Positions 8,762-17,607 of a stretch of DNA of 23,485 nucleotides are shown in pieces. Source of the DNA: a virus (taxonomy: Duplodnaviria > Heunggongvirae > Uroviricota > Caudoviricetes); the IMG/VR virus record IMGVR_UViG_2690316161_000007. The stretch is one strand, 5' to 3'. Position 1 is the first letter of the stretch. Each line of letters opens with the position of its first letter. The position numbers and the translations under genes are program-made. The notes beneath the pieces were generated by a model, which was not told the origin of the DNA, searched no databases, and saw nothing but the letters and a program-made list of their open reading frames with translations.

Positions 8762-11270
8762 TTTTGCCGATCTGACAGCTGTTCTTACACTGGATTCAAC
8801 CCGTTTTTCTGAAGAGGCTGCACGGGTAAAGAAAGAACTGGGTGAAGCCAGTGACCTTGCGGATTTGATGGCCGTGCGTGTCAGCCAGTCTTTTAAGAAA
8901 CAGGCCGCTGCTGTTGAGCAGGGGCTGAGCCGTCAGGCGCTGGCTGCACAAAAAGCCGGGATTTCCGTCGGGCAGTATAAAGCGGCCATGCGTACGCTAC
9001 CCATGCAGTTCACCGACGTGACCACGCAGCTTGCCGGTGGTCAGAATCCCTGGCTAATTCTGCTGCAACAGGGCGGGCAGATTAAGGACTCGTTCGGTGG
9101 GATGATCCCCATGTTCCGGGGACTGGCTGGGGCCGTCTCGCTGCCTGCTGTCGGAATTGGTGCGCTTGCTGCTGCCACGGGGGTGCTGGCGTATGCCTGG
9201 TACCGGGGCGACGCCACGCTTTCAGAATTTAATAAAACGCTGGTTCTTTCCGGTAATCAGTCCGGACTGACTGCCGATCGCATGCTGACGCTCTCCAGAG
9301 CCGGACAGGCCGCGGGGCTGACGTTTAACCAGGCGAGAGAGTCACTGGCAGCCATGGTGAATGCCGGTGTGCGTGGTGGTGAACAGTTTGATGCCATCAA
9401 CCAGAGTGTCGCGCGTTTTGCTTCTGCATCCGACGTGGAGGTGGACAAGGTTGCAGAGGCTTTCGGAAAACTGACCACTGACCCGACGTCGGGGCTGATT
9501 GCGATGGCGAAGCTGTTCCATAACGTGACGGCAGAGCAGATTGCGTATGTTGCACAGTTACAGCGTTCCGGTGATGAGGCCGGGGCATTGCAGGCGGCGA
9601 ACGATATTGCCACGAAAGGCTTTGATGAGCAGACCCGTCGCCTGAAAGAAAACATGGGGACGCTGGAGACCTGGGCGGATAAAACAGGGAAGGCGTTCAA
9701 ATCGATGTGGGATGCCATCCTGGATATCGGTCGTCCGGAATCCTCAGCGGATATGCTCGCCAGTGCGCAGAAGGCATTTGATGAGGCGGATAAAAAATGG
9801 CAGTGGTACCAGAGCCGGAGCCAGCGCCGCGGTAAAACCTCCTCTTTCCGGGCCAACCTTCAGGGCGCATGGGATGACCGGGAAAATGCCCGTCTGGGTC
9901 TGGCAGCGGCAACGCTGCAGTCGGATATGGAAAAAGCCGGTGAACTGGCGGCAAGGGACAGGGCTGAGCGTGAGTCGTCACAGCTGAAGTATACCGGAGA
10001 GGCGCAGAAGGCGTATGAGCGCCTGCTGACGCCACTGGAGAAATATACCGCCCGGCAGGAAGAGCTGAATAGGGCCCTGAAAGACGGAAAAATCCTGCAG
10101 GCGGATTACAACACGCTGATGGCGTCGGCAAAAAAGGATTATGAATCGACGCAGAAAAAGCCGTCAGGTGTGAAGGTGTCTGCCGGTGAGCGCCAGGAAG
10201 ACCGGGCGCATGCAGCCATGCTGTCGCTTGAAACTGAGCTCAGGACGCTGGAGAAGCACAGCGGTGCGAATGAAAAAATCAGCCAGCAGCGCCGGGATTT
10301 ATGGAAAGCGGAAAATCAGTATGTGGTCCTGAAAGAGGCCGCCACGAAACGGCAGTTATCTGAGCAGGAAAAATCCCTGCTGGCTCATGAGAAAGAGACG
10401 CTGGAGTACAAACGCCAGCTGGCTGAGCTGGGCGACAAGGTTGAACACCAGAAACGGCTGAATGAGCTGGCACAGCAGGCGGCGCGGTTTGAACAGCAGC
10501 AGAGTGCGAAGCAGGCGGCAATCAGCGCAAAAGCCCGCGGACTCACCGACCGTCAGGCGCAGCGGGAGTCGGAAGAGCAGCGCCTTCGTGAGGTGTACGG
10601 TGATAATCCGGATGCGCTGGCGAAGGCCACATCTGCACTGAAGAACACCTGGTCTGCGGAGGAGCAGCTTCGTGGAAGCTGGATGGCCGGTCTGAAGTCC
10701 GGCTGGGGCGAGTGGGCAGAAAGTGCGACGGACAGTTTTTCGCAGGTTAAAAGCGTGGCCACGCAGACCTTTGACGGTATTGCACAGAATATGGCAGCGA
10801 TGCTGACCGGCAGTGAGCAGAACTGGCGCAGCTTCACCCGTTCCGTGCTGTCCATGATGACAGAAATTCTGCTTAAGCAGGCAATGGTGGGGATTGTCGG
10901 GAGTATCGGAACCGGAGGATTTACGGGAACCGGCGGCAAATATGAGCCAGCGGGGATTGTTCACCGTGGTGAGTTTGTCTTCACGAAGGAGGCAACCAGC
11001 CGGATTGGCGTGGGGAATCTTTACCGGCTTATGCGCGGCTATGCCACCGGCGGTTATGTCGGTACACCGGGCAGTCTGGCGGACAGCCGGTCGCAGGCGT
11101 CCGGGAAGTTTGAGCAGAATAACCATGTGGTGATTAACAACGACGGCACGAACGGGCAGATTGGACCACAGGCGCTGAAGGCTGTGTATGACATGGCCCG
11201 CAAGGGTGCCCGTGATGAAATTCAGGCACAGATGCGTGATGGTGGCTTGTTCTCCGGAGGTGGACGATGA
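8751..11270 (+). CDS. H: Tail tape measure protein H, copy 1 (variant N-terminus, lacks Gly/Ala-rich segment)
   Basis: ~840 aa product with long coiled-coil-like Gln/Ala/Glu-rich regions and a lambda-like C-terminal domain (GKYEPAGIVHRGEFVFTKEATSRIGVGNLYRLMRGYATGGYVG). ATG 8751 is 8 nt after AGGAGG (8737-8742); stop overlaps M start. Confidence 0.9.
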   Translation: MAGNFADLTAVLTLDSTRFSEEAARVKKELGEASDLADLMAVRVSQSFKKQAAAVEQGLSRQALAAQKAGISVGQYKAAMRTLPMQFTDVTTQLAGGQNPWLILLQQGGQIKDSFGGMIPMFRGLAGAVSLPAVGIGALAAATGVLAYAWYRGDATLSEFNKTLVLSGNQSGLTADRMLTLSRAGQAAGLTFNQARESLAAMVNAGVRGGEQFDAINQSVARFASASDVEVDKVAEAFGKLTTDPTSGLIAMAKLFHNVTAEQIAYVAQLQRSGDEAGALQAANDIATKGFDEQTRRLKENMGTLETWADKTGKAFKSMWDAILDIGRPESSADMLASAQKAFDEADKKWQWYQSRSQRRGKTSSFRANLQGAWDDRENARLGLAAATLQSDMEKAGELAARDRAERESSQLKYTGEAQKAYERLLTPLEKYTARQEELNRALKDGKILQADYNTLMASAKKDYESTQKKPSGVKVSAGERQEDRAHAAMLSLETELRTLEKHSGANEKISQQRRDLWKAENQYVVLKEAATKRQLSEQEKSLLAHEKETLEYKRQLAELGDKVEHQKRLNELAQQAARFEQQQSAKQAAISAKARGLTDRQAQRESEEQRLREVYGDNPDALAKATSALKNTWSAEEQLRGSWMAGLKSGWGEWAESATDSFSQVKSVATQTFDGIAQNMAAMLTGSEQNWRSFTRSVLSMMTEILLKQAMVGIVGSIGTGGFTGTGGKYEPAGIVHRGEFVFTKEATSRIGVGNLYRLMRGYATGGYVGTPGSLADSRSQASGKFEQNNHVVINNDGTNGQIGPQALKAVYDMARKGARDEIQAQMRDGGLFSGGGR

Positions 11271-11596
11271 AAACCTTCCGCTGGAAAGTGAAACCCGGGA
11301 TGGATGTGACATCGGCTCCTTCCGTCAGGGAGGTGCGCTTTGGTGATGGCTATTCCCAGCGTGCGCCTGCCGGGCTGAATGCTGACCTGAAAACGTACAG
11401 CGTGACGCTTTCTGTCTCCCGCGAGGAGGCCAGGGCGCTGGAGTCGTTTCTGGCTGAGCACGGGGGCTGGAAAGCCTTTCTGTGGACGCCGCCTTATGGC
11501 TGGCGGCAGATCAGGGTGACCTGCGCAAAATGGACATCGCGGGTCAGTATGTTACGTGTTGAGTTCAGCGCAGAGTTTGAACAGGTGGTGAACTGA
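11267..11596 (+). CDS. M: Minor tail protein M, copy 1
   Basis: 109 aa product (MKTFRWKVKPGMDVTSAPSVREVRFGDGYSQRAPAGLNADLKTYSVTLSV ...) is lambda gpM-like; ATGA overlap with H stop and with the next ORF's start. Confidence 0.88.
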   Translation: MKTFRWKVKPGMDVTSAPSVREVRFGDGYSQRAPAGLNADLKTYSVTLSVSREEARALESFLAEHGGWKAFLWTPPYGWRQIRVTCAKWTSRVSMLRVEFSAEFEQVVN

Positions 11597-12222
11597 TGCA
11601 GGATATCCGGCAGGAAACACTGAATGAATGCACCCGTGCGGAGCAGTCGGCCAGCGTGGTGCTCTGGGAAATCGACCTGACAGAGGTCGGTGGAGAACGT
11701 TATTTTTTCTGTAATGAGCAGAACGAAAAAGGTGAGCCGGTCACCTGGCAGGGGCGACAGTATCAGCCGTATCCCATTCAGGGGAGCGGTTTTGAACTGA
11801 ATGGCAAAGGCACCAGTACGCGCCCCACGCTGACGGTTTCTAACCTGTACGGTATGGTCACCGGGATGGCGGAAGATATGCAGAGTCTGGTCGGCGGAAC
11901 GGTGGTCCGGCGTAAGGTTTACGCCCGTTTTCTGGATGCGGTGAACTTCGTCAACGGAAACAGTTACGCCGATCCGGAGCAGGAGGTGATCAGCCGCTGG
12001 CGCATCGAGCAGTGCAGCGAACTGAGCGCAGTGATGCAGATTGAGCAGGAAGTCCTGACCACCTGGCCTGCTGATGCCATTGCCCGGGCGGAAGATGTGG
12101 TGTTGCGTCTGTCCGGGATGAGCGGGCCTGTTCATGTGGATACGGATATTACCGAAGTGGCGAAAAATAACGCGCTGACTGATGATGATTTTTCTGCGGG
12201 AAAGTCTTCGACGGCGAGCTGA
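11596..12222 (+). CDS. Chimeric ORF: minor tail protein L residues 1-146 fused in frame to the C-terminal 62 aa of G (duplication junction product)
   Basis: First 146 aa are almost identical to the first 146 aa of the full-length L at 15548-16246. After SELSAV the sequence switches to MQIEQEVLTTWPADAIARAEDVV ... FSAGKSSTAS, which matches G residues 82-143 (8142-8330). Confidence 0.75.
   Translation: MQDIRQETLNECTRAEQSASVVLWEIDLTEVGGERYFFCNEQNEKGEPVTWQGRQYQPYPIQGSGFELNGKGTSTRPTLTVSNLYGMVTGMAEDMQSLVGGTVVRRKVYARFLDAVNFVNGNSYADPEQEVISRWRIEQCSELSAVMQIEQEVLTTWPADAIARAEDVVLRLSGMSGPVHVDTDITEVAKNNALTDDDFSAGKSSTAS
12198..12204 (+). promoter_or_regulatory. Second copy of the GGGAAAG -1 frameshift slippery site (in the chimeric L::G ORF)
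   Basis: Same heptamer in the same frame relationship; the -1 frame is open from here into the second T ORF (12249-12662). Confidence 0.7.
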
Positions 12223-12662
12223 ATTTTGCCCTCAGACTGGCGCGTGAGATGGGGAGGCCTGACTGGCGCGCCATGCTTGCCGGGATGACATCCACCGAAT
12301 ATGCCGACTGGCGACATTTTTACCGCATGCATTATTTTCACGATACCCAGCTGGATATGCATTTTTCCGGGCTGACGTACGCTGTACTCAGCCTGTTTTT
12401 TTGCGATCCGGATATGCATCCCTCTGATTTCAGTCTGCTTGTCCCCCGGCATGAGGAAGAGCAGGTGGAGAGGCCGGATGAGGACAAAATGCTGATGCAG
12501 AAAGCGGCAGGACTTGCCGGAGGCGTCCGGTTCGGTGGGGACGGAGGGCGCGATATTTTATCGTCTGCGGATGTGGCTGATGTCATGGTGGATGATGCCG
12601 CATTAATGATGGCTTCAGCGGGGATTTCCGGAGGTGTGAGATATGTCCCAGCCGGTTGGTGA
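12198..12662 (+). CDS. T: T segment, copy 2 (reachable by -1 frameshift from the chimeric L::G ORF)
   Basis: Paralogous to 8306-8761, nearly identical in the N-terminal ~60 aa and divergent at the C-terminus; stop overlaps start of H copy 2. Confidence 0.75.
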   Translation, partial: GKVFDGELNFALRLAREMGRPDWRAMLAGMTSTEYADWRHFYRMHYFHDTQLDMHFSGLTYAVLSLFFCDPDMHPSDFSLLVPRHEEEQVERPDEDKMLMQKAAGLAGGVRFGGDGGRDILSSADVADVMVDDAALMMASAGISGGVRYVPAGW

Positions 12663-15222
12663 TCTTGTTATTGACCTTAGTCTGGATGCGGTCCGTTTCG
12701 ATGAGCAGATGAGCCGGGTAAGGCGTCATTTTTCAGGTCTGGATACCGACGCCAGAAAAACCGCCAGTGCTGTTGAACAGGGCCTGAGCCGCCAGGCGCT
12801 GGCTGCACAAAAAGCCGGGATTTCCGTCGGGCAGTATAAAGCGGCCATGCGAACCCTGCCCGCACAGTTTACGGATATCGCCACGCAGCTTGCCGGTGGT
12901 CAGAATCCCTGGCTGATCCTGCTGCAACAGGGCGGTCAGGTGAAGGACTCCTTCGGCGGGATGATCCCCATGTTCAGGGGGCTTGCCGGTGCGATCACCC
13001 TGCCGATGGTCGGGGTCACCTCGCTGGCGGTGGCGACAGGTGCGCTGGCGTACGCCTGGTACCAGGGGGATTCCACGCTTTCAGCGTTTAATAAAACCCT
13101 GGTTCTTTCCGGTAATCAGTCCGGACTGACTGCCGATCGCATGCTGACGCTCTCCAGAGCCGGACAGGCCGCAGGGCTGACGTTTAACCAGGCGAGTGAG
13201 TCACTGGCAGCCCTGGTGAATGCCGGTGTGCGTGGTGGTGAACAGTTTGATGCCATCAACCAGAGTGTCGCGCGTTTTGCTTCTGCATCCGGTGTGGAGG
13301 TGGACAAGGTTGCAGAGGCTTTCGGAAAACTGACCACCGACCCGACGTCGGGGCTGATGGCGATGGCGCGCCAGTTCCGTAACGTGACGGCAGAGCAGAT
13401 TGCGTATGTTGCGCAGCTGCAGCGTTCCGGTGATGAGGCCGGGGCCTTACAGGCGGCGAACGATATCGCCACGAAAGGCTTTGATGAGCAGACCCGTCGC
13501 CTGAAAGAAAACATGGGGACACTGGAGACCTGGGCGGATAAAACCGGGAAGGCATTCAAATCGATGTGGGATGCCATTCTGGATATCGGTCGTCCTGAGT
13601 CCTCAGCGGATATGCTCGCCAGTGCGCAGAAGGCATTTGATGAGGCGGATAAAAAATGGCAGTGGTACCAGAGCCGGAGCCAGCGCCGCGGTAAAACCTC
13701 TTCTTTCCGGGCCAACCTTCAGGGCGCATGGAATGACCGGGAAAATGCCCGGCTGGGGCTGGCAGCGGCCACGCTGCAGTCGGATATGGAAAAAGCCGGT
13801 GAACTGGCCGCCAGGGACCGGGCCGAACGGGACGCATCACAGCTGAAGTATACCGGAGAGGCGCAGAAGGGGTATGAGCGTCTGCTGACGTCGCTGGAGA
13901 AATATACCGCCCGTCAGGAAGAACTGAATAAGGCCCTGAAAGACGGGAAAATCCTGCAGGCGGATTACAACACGCTGATGGCGGCGGCGAAAAAGGATTA
14001 TGAATCGACGCTGAAAAAGCCGAAGTCGTCAGGAGTCAAAGTGTCAGCCGGTGAGCGTCAGGAAGACCAGGCGCATGCTGCCCTGCTGGCGCTTGAAACC
14101 GAGCTCCGGACGCTGGAAAAACACAGCGGTGCGAATGAGAAAATCAGCCAGCAGCGTCGCGATTTATGGAAAGCGGAAAATCAGTATGCGGTCCGGAAAG
14201 AGGCAGCCACGAAACGGCAGTTATCTGAGCAGGAAAAATCCCTGCTGACCCATGAGAAAGAGACGCTGGAGTACAAACGCCAGCTGGCTGAGCTGGGAGA
14301 CAAAGTTGAACACCAGAAACGGCTGAATGAGCTGGCACAGCAGGCTGCGCGGTTTGAGCAGCAGCAGGGCGCGAAGCAGGCGGCAATCAGTGCCCAGGCG
14401 CGGGGCCTCACCGACCGTCAGGCGCAGCGGGAGTCGGAAGAGCAGCACCTTCGTGACGTGTACGGTGATAATCCGGATGCGCTGGCGAAGGCCACATCTG
14501 CACTGAAGAACACCTGGTCTGCGGAGGAGCAGCTTCGTGGAAGCTGGATGGCCGGGATGAAGTCCGGCTGGGGTGAGTGGGCGGAAAGTGCGACGGACAG
14601 TTTTTCGCAGGTAAAAAGCGTGGCCACGCAGACCTTTGACGGTATTGCACAGAATATGGCAGCGATGCTGACCGGCAGTGAGCAGAACTGGCGCAGCTTC
14701 ACCCGTTCCGTGCTGTCCATGATGACAGAAATTCTGCTTAAGCAGGCAATGGTGGGGATTGTCGGGAGTATCGGTAGCGCCATTGGCGGGGCTGTTGGTG
14801 GCGGCGCATCCGCATCAGGCGGTACAGCCATTCAGGCAGCTGCGGCGAAATTCCATTTTGCAACCGGAGGATTTACGGGAACCGGCGGCAAATATGAGCC
14901 AGCGGGAATTGTTCACCGCGGTGAATTCGTCTTCACGAAGGAGGCAACCAGACGGATTGGCGTGGGGAATCTCTACCGGCTGATGCGCGGCTATGCCACC
15001 GGCGGTTATGTCGGTACACCGGGCAGCATGGCGGACAGCCGGTCGCAGGCGTCCGGGACGTTTGAGCAGAATAACCATGTGGTGATTAACAACGACGGCA
15101 CGAACGGTCAGATAGGGCCACAGGCACTGAAGGCTGTTTATGACGTAGCCCGTAAGGCGGCAATGGATGTTGTGACCGGGCAGATGCGCGATGGTGGTCT
15201 GTTCTCCGGAGGTGGACGATGA
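12643..15222 (+). CDS. H: Tail tape measure protein H, copy 2 (lambda-like full version)
   Basis: 859 aa product whose N-terminus (MSQPVGDLVIDLSLDAVRFDEQMSRVRRHFSG) and Gly/Ala-rich segment (SAIGGAVGGGASASGGTAIQAAAAKFHFATGG) match lambda gpH as recalled. ATG 12643 is 8 nt after GGAGG. Confidence 0.9.
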   Translation: MSQPVGDLVIDLSLDAVRFDEQMSRVRRHFSGLDTDARKTASAVEQGLSRQALAAQKAGISVGQYKAAMRTLPAQFTDIATQLAGGQNPWLILLQQGGQVKDSFGGMIPMFRGLAGAITLPMVGVTSLAVATGALAYAWYQGDSTLSAFNKTLVLSGNQSGLTADRMLTLSRAGQAAGLTFNQASESLAALVNAGVRGGEQFDAINQSVARFASASGVEVDKVAEAFGKLTTDPTSGLMAMARQFRNVTAEQIAYVAQLQRSGDEAGALQAANDIATKGFDEQTRRLKENMGTLETWADKTGKAFKSMWDAILDIGRPESSADMLASAQKAFDEADKKWQWYQSRSQRRGKTSSFRANLQGAWNDRENARLGLAAATLQSDMEKAGELAARDRAERDASQLKYTGEAQKGYERLLTSLEKYTARQEELNKALKDGKILQADYNTLMAAAKKDYESTLKKPKSSGVKVSAGERQEDQAHAALLALETELRTLEKHSGANEKISQQRRDLWKAENQYAVRKEAATKRQLSEQEKSLLTHEKETLEYKRQLAELGDKVEHQKRLNELAQQAARFEQQQGAKQAAISAQARGLTDRQAQRESEEQHLRDVYGDNPDALAKATSALKNTWSAEEQLRGSWMAGMKSGWGEWAESATDSFSQVKSVATQTFDGIAQNMAAMLTGSEQNWRSFTRSVLSMMTEILLKQAMVGIVGSIGSAIGGAVGGGASASGGTAIQAAAAKFHFATGGFTGTGGKYEPAGIVHRGEFVFTKEATRRIGVGNLYRLMRGYATGGYVGTPGSMADSRSQASGTFEQNNHVVINNDGTNGQIGPQALKAVYDVARKAAMDVVTGQMRDGGLFSGGGR

Positions 15223-15548
15223 AAACCTTCCGCTGGAAAGTGAAACCCGGTATGGATGTGGCTTCTGCCCCTTCCGTAAGAAAGGTGCGCTTTGGTGATG
15301 GCTATTCCCAGCGAGCGCCTGCCGGGCTGAACACTGACCTGAAAACGTACAGCGTGACGCTTTCTGTTCCCCGTTGGGAGGCCGCGGCGCTGGAGTCGTT
15401 TCTGGCTGAGCACGGGGGCTGGAAGGCCTTTCTGTGGACGCCGCCTTATGGCTACCGGCAGATAAAGGTGACCTGCGCAAAATGGTCGTCGCGGGTCAGT
15501 ATGCTGCGTGTTGAGTTCAGCGCAGAGTTTGAACAGGTGGTGAACTGA
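15219..15548 (+). CDS. M: Minor tail protein M, copy 2
   Basis: 109 aa paralog of 11267-11596 with a few substitutions; ATGA overlaps with flanking genes. Confidence 0.88.
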   Translation: MKTFRWKVKPGMDVASAPSVRKVRFGDGYSQRAPAGLNTDLKTYSVTLSVPRWEAAALESFLAEHGGWKAFLWTPPYGYRQIKVTCAKWSSRVSMLRVEFSAEFEQVVN

Positions 15549-16246
15549 TGCAGGATATCCGACAGGAAACACTGAATGAATGCACCCGTGCGGAGCAGTC
15601 TGCCAGCGTGGTGCTCTGGGAAATCGACCTGACAGAGGTCGGTGGAGAACGTTATTTTTTCTGTAATGAGCAGAACGAAAAAGGTGAGCCGGTCACCTGG
15701 CAGGGGCGACAGTATCAGCCGTATCCCATTCAGGGGAGTGGTTTTGAACTGAATGGCAAAGGCACCAGTACGCGCCCCACGCTGACGGTTTCTAACCTGT
15801 ACGGTATGGTCACCGGCATGGCGGAAGATATGCAGAGTCTGGTCGGCGGAACGGTGGTCAGGCGTAAGGTTTACGCCCGTTTTCTGGATGCGGTGAATTT
15901 CGTCAACGGAAACAGCGACGCCGATCCGGAGCAGGAGGTGATCAGCCGCTGGCGCATCGAGCAGTGCAGCGAACTGAGCGCGGTCAGTGCCTCCTTTGTA
16001 CTGTCCACGCCGACGGAAACGGACGGCGCTGTTTTTCCGGGACGTATCATGCTGGCCAACACCTGCACCTGGACCTATCGCGGCGATGAGTGCGGTTATC
16101 ACGGTCCGGCGGTCGCGGATGAATATGACCAGCCAACGTCCGATATCACGAAGGATAAATGCAGCAAATGCCTGAGCGGTTGTAAGTTTCGCAATAACGT
16201 CGGCAACTTTGGCGGCTTCCTTTCCATTAACAAACTTTCGCAGTAA
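15548..16246 (+). CDS. L: Minor tail protein L, full length
   Basis: 232 aa product; C-terminal region contains the Cys-rich segment (CTWTYRGDECGYHG ... KCSKCLSGCKF) expected for lambda gpL-type proteins. Confidence 0.9.
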   Translation: MQDIRQETLNECTRAEQSASVVLWEIDLTEVGGERYFFCNEQNEKGEPVTWQGRQYQPYPIQGSGFELNGKGTSTRPTLTVSNLYGMVTGMAEDMQSLVGGTVVRRKVYARFLDAVNFVNGNSDADPEQEVISRWRIEQCSELSAVSASFVLSTPTETDGAVFPGRIMLANTCTWTYRGDECGYHGPAVADEYDQPTSDITKDKCSKCLSGCKFRNNVGNFGGFLSINKLSQ

Positions 16247-16251
16247 ATCCC

Positions 16252-16995
16252 ATGACAGAGACAGAATCAGCGATTCTGGCGCACGCCCGGCGATGTGCGC
16301 CAGCGGAGTCGTGCGGCTTCGTGGTGAGAACGCCGGAGGGGGAAAGCTATTTTCCCGGCGTGAATATTTCCGGTGAGCCGGAGGATTATTTCCGGATGGC
16401 TCCGGAGGACTGGCTGCAGGCAGAGATGCAGGGTGAGATTGTGGCGCTGGTCCACAGCCACCCCGGTGGTCTGCCCTGGCTGAGTGAGGCTGACCGGCGG
16501 CTACAGGTGCAGAGCGATTTGCCGTGGTGGCTGGTCTGCCGGGGGGCGATTCACAAGTTCCGCTGTGTGCCGCATCTCACCGGGCGGCGCTTTGAGTACG
16601 GGGTGACGGACTGTTACACACTGTTCCGGGATGCTTACCATCTGGCGGGGATTGAGATGCCGGACTTTCATCGTGAGGATGACTGGTGGCGTCACGGTCA
16701 GAATCTCTATCTGGATAATCTGGAGGCAACGGGGCTGTATCAGGTGCCGTTGTCAGCGGCGCAGCCGGGCGATGTGCTGCTGTGCTGCTTTGGTTCATCG
16801 GTGCCGAATCATGCCGCTATTTACTGTGGTGATGGCGAGCTGCTGCACCATATTCCTGAACAACTGAGCAAACGAGAGAGGTATACCGACAAATGGCAGC
16901 GACGCACACACTCCCTCTGGCGTCACCGGGCATGGCACGCATCTGCCTTTACGGGGATTTGCAACGATTTGGCCGCCGCATCGACCTTCGTGTGA
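16252..16995 (+). CDS. K: Tail tip assembly protein K (JAB/MPN metalloprotease plus NlpC/P60-like domain)
   Basis: 247 aa product with a JAMM-like motif (ALVHSHPGGLPWLSEAD) and near-identity to lambda gpK as recalled. Confidence 0.9.
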   Translation: MTETESAILAHARRCAPAESCGFVVRTPEGESYFPGVNISGEPEDYFRMAPEDWLQAEMQGEIVALVHSHPGGLPWLSEADRRLQVQSDLPWWLVCRGAIHKFRCVPHLTGRRFEYGVTDCYTLFRDAYHLAGIEMPDFHREDDWWRHGQNLYLDNLEATGLYQVPLSAAQPGDVLLCCFGSSVPNHAAIYCGDGELLHHIPEQLSKRERYTDKWQRRTHSLWRHRAWHASAFTGICNDLAAASTFV

Positions 16996-17534
16996 AAACG
17001 GGGGCTGAAGCCATCCGGGCACTGGCCACACAGCTCCCGGCGTTTCGTCAGAAACTGAGCGATGGCTGGTATCAGGTACGGATTGCCGGGCGGGATGCAG
17101 GAGAAACCGAATTATCATCCCGTCTTAATGAGCCGCTGGCAAATGGTGCCGTGATCCACATCGTGCCGCGTCTTGCGGGAGCAAAAAGTGGCGGTGTGTT
17201 TCAGGCGGTGCTGGGTGCGGCGTTGATTGCTACGGCAATCTGGATGCCGGGGATCAGTATCGCTTTCAGTGACATTCTCTTTTCAATGGGTGCGGCGATG
17301 ACGCTTGGTGGTGTGGCGCAGATGCTGGCACCGAAAGCCAGAACTCCCCGTACACAGACAACGGATAACGGCAAACAGAACACCTATTTCTCCTCACTGG
17401 ATAACATGGTTGCCCAGGGCAATGTCCTGCCTGTTCTGTACGGTGAAATGCGCGTGGGGTCACGTGTGGCATCTCAGGAGATCAGCACGGCAGATGAAGG
17501 GGATGGTGGTCAGGTTGTGGTAATTGGGCGGTAA
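16893..17534 (+). CDS. I: Tail tip assembly protein I
   Basis: Product begins MAATHTLPLASPGMARICLYGDLQRFGRRIDLRV and ends QVVVIGR, matching lambda gpI as recalled; 5' end overlaps K as in lambda. Confidence 0.88.
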   Translation: MAATHTLPLASPGMARICLYGDLQRFGRRIDLRVKTGAEAIRALATQLPAFRQKLSDGWYQVRIAGRDAGETELSSRLNEPLANGAVIHIVPRLAGAKSGGVFQAVLGAALIATAIWMPGISIAFSDILFSMGAAMTLGGVAQMLAPKARTPRTQTTDNGKQNTYFSSLDNMVAQGNVLPVLYGEMRVGSRVASQEISTADEGDGGQVVVIGR

Positions 17535-17540
17535 TATTAT

Positions 17541-17580
17541 TTTACTCATGTTCTAACTGATTTAATATTTATATCGAACA
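17541..17580 (+). promoter_or_regulatory. Putative sigma70-like promoter region for the lipoprotein moron
   Basis: AT-rich intergenic DNA with a -35-like TTTACT (17541-17546) and a -10-like TAATAT (17563-17568) 16 nt apart. Sequence-pattern guess only. Confidence 0.3.
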
Positions 17581-17607
17581 CTGATAATTATTCTATTGGT
17601 TAGCTAT

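Larger units (their letters stand above)
8139..12030. repeat. Tandem direct repeat unit, copy 1 (~3.9 kb: G C-terminal part, T, H, M, L N-terminal part)
   Basis: Paralogous gene series with offsets of ~3890-3950 nt (T 8357 vs 12249; H 8751 vs 12643; M 11267 vs 15219; L 11596 vs 15548). Long identical stretches, e.g. around 9241-9300 versus around 13091-13150. Confidence 0.85.
12031..15981. repeat. Tandem direct repeat unit, copy 2
   Basis: As above. The junction near 12028-12036 joins L codon 146 to G codon 82 with only a few nt of shared sequence (GC/GTGATG region). Confidence 0.85.

Noticed and set aside
10356-11312. 318 aa minus-strand ORF (also 9257-9856, 13116-13715, 14815-15480 and 15452-16102 on the minus strand)
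   Set aside because: All are antisense to the tape measure, M or L genes; several recur only because they lie in the tandem repeat; no independent coding evidence.
8139-15981. Interpretation of the two repeat units as exact copies from a recent simple duplication
   Set aside because: The copies differ substantially (unrelated H N-termini, indels, divergent T C-termini), so a single recent duplication does not explain them.
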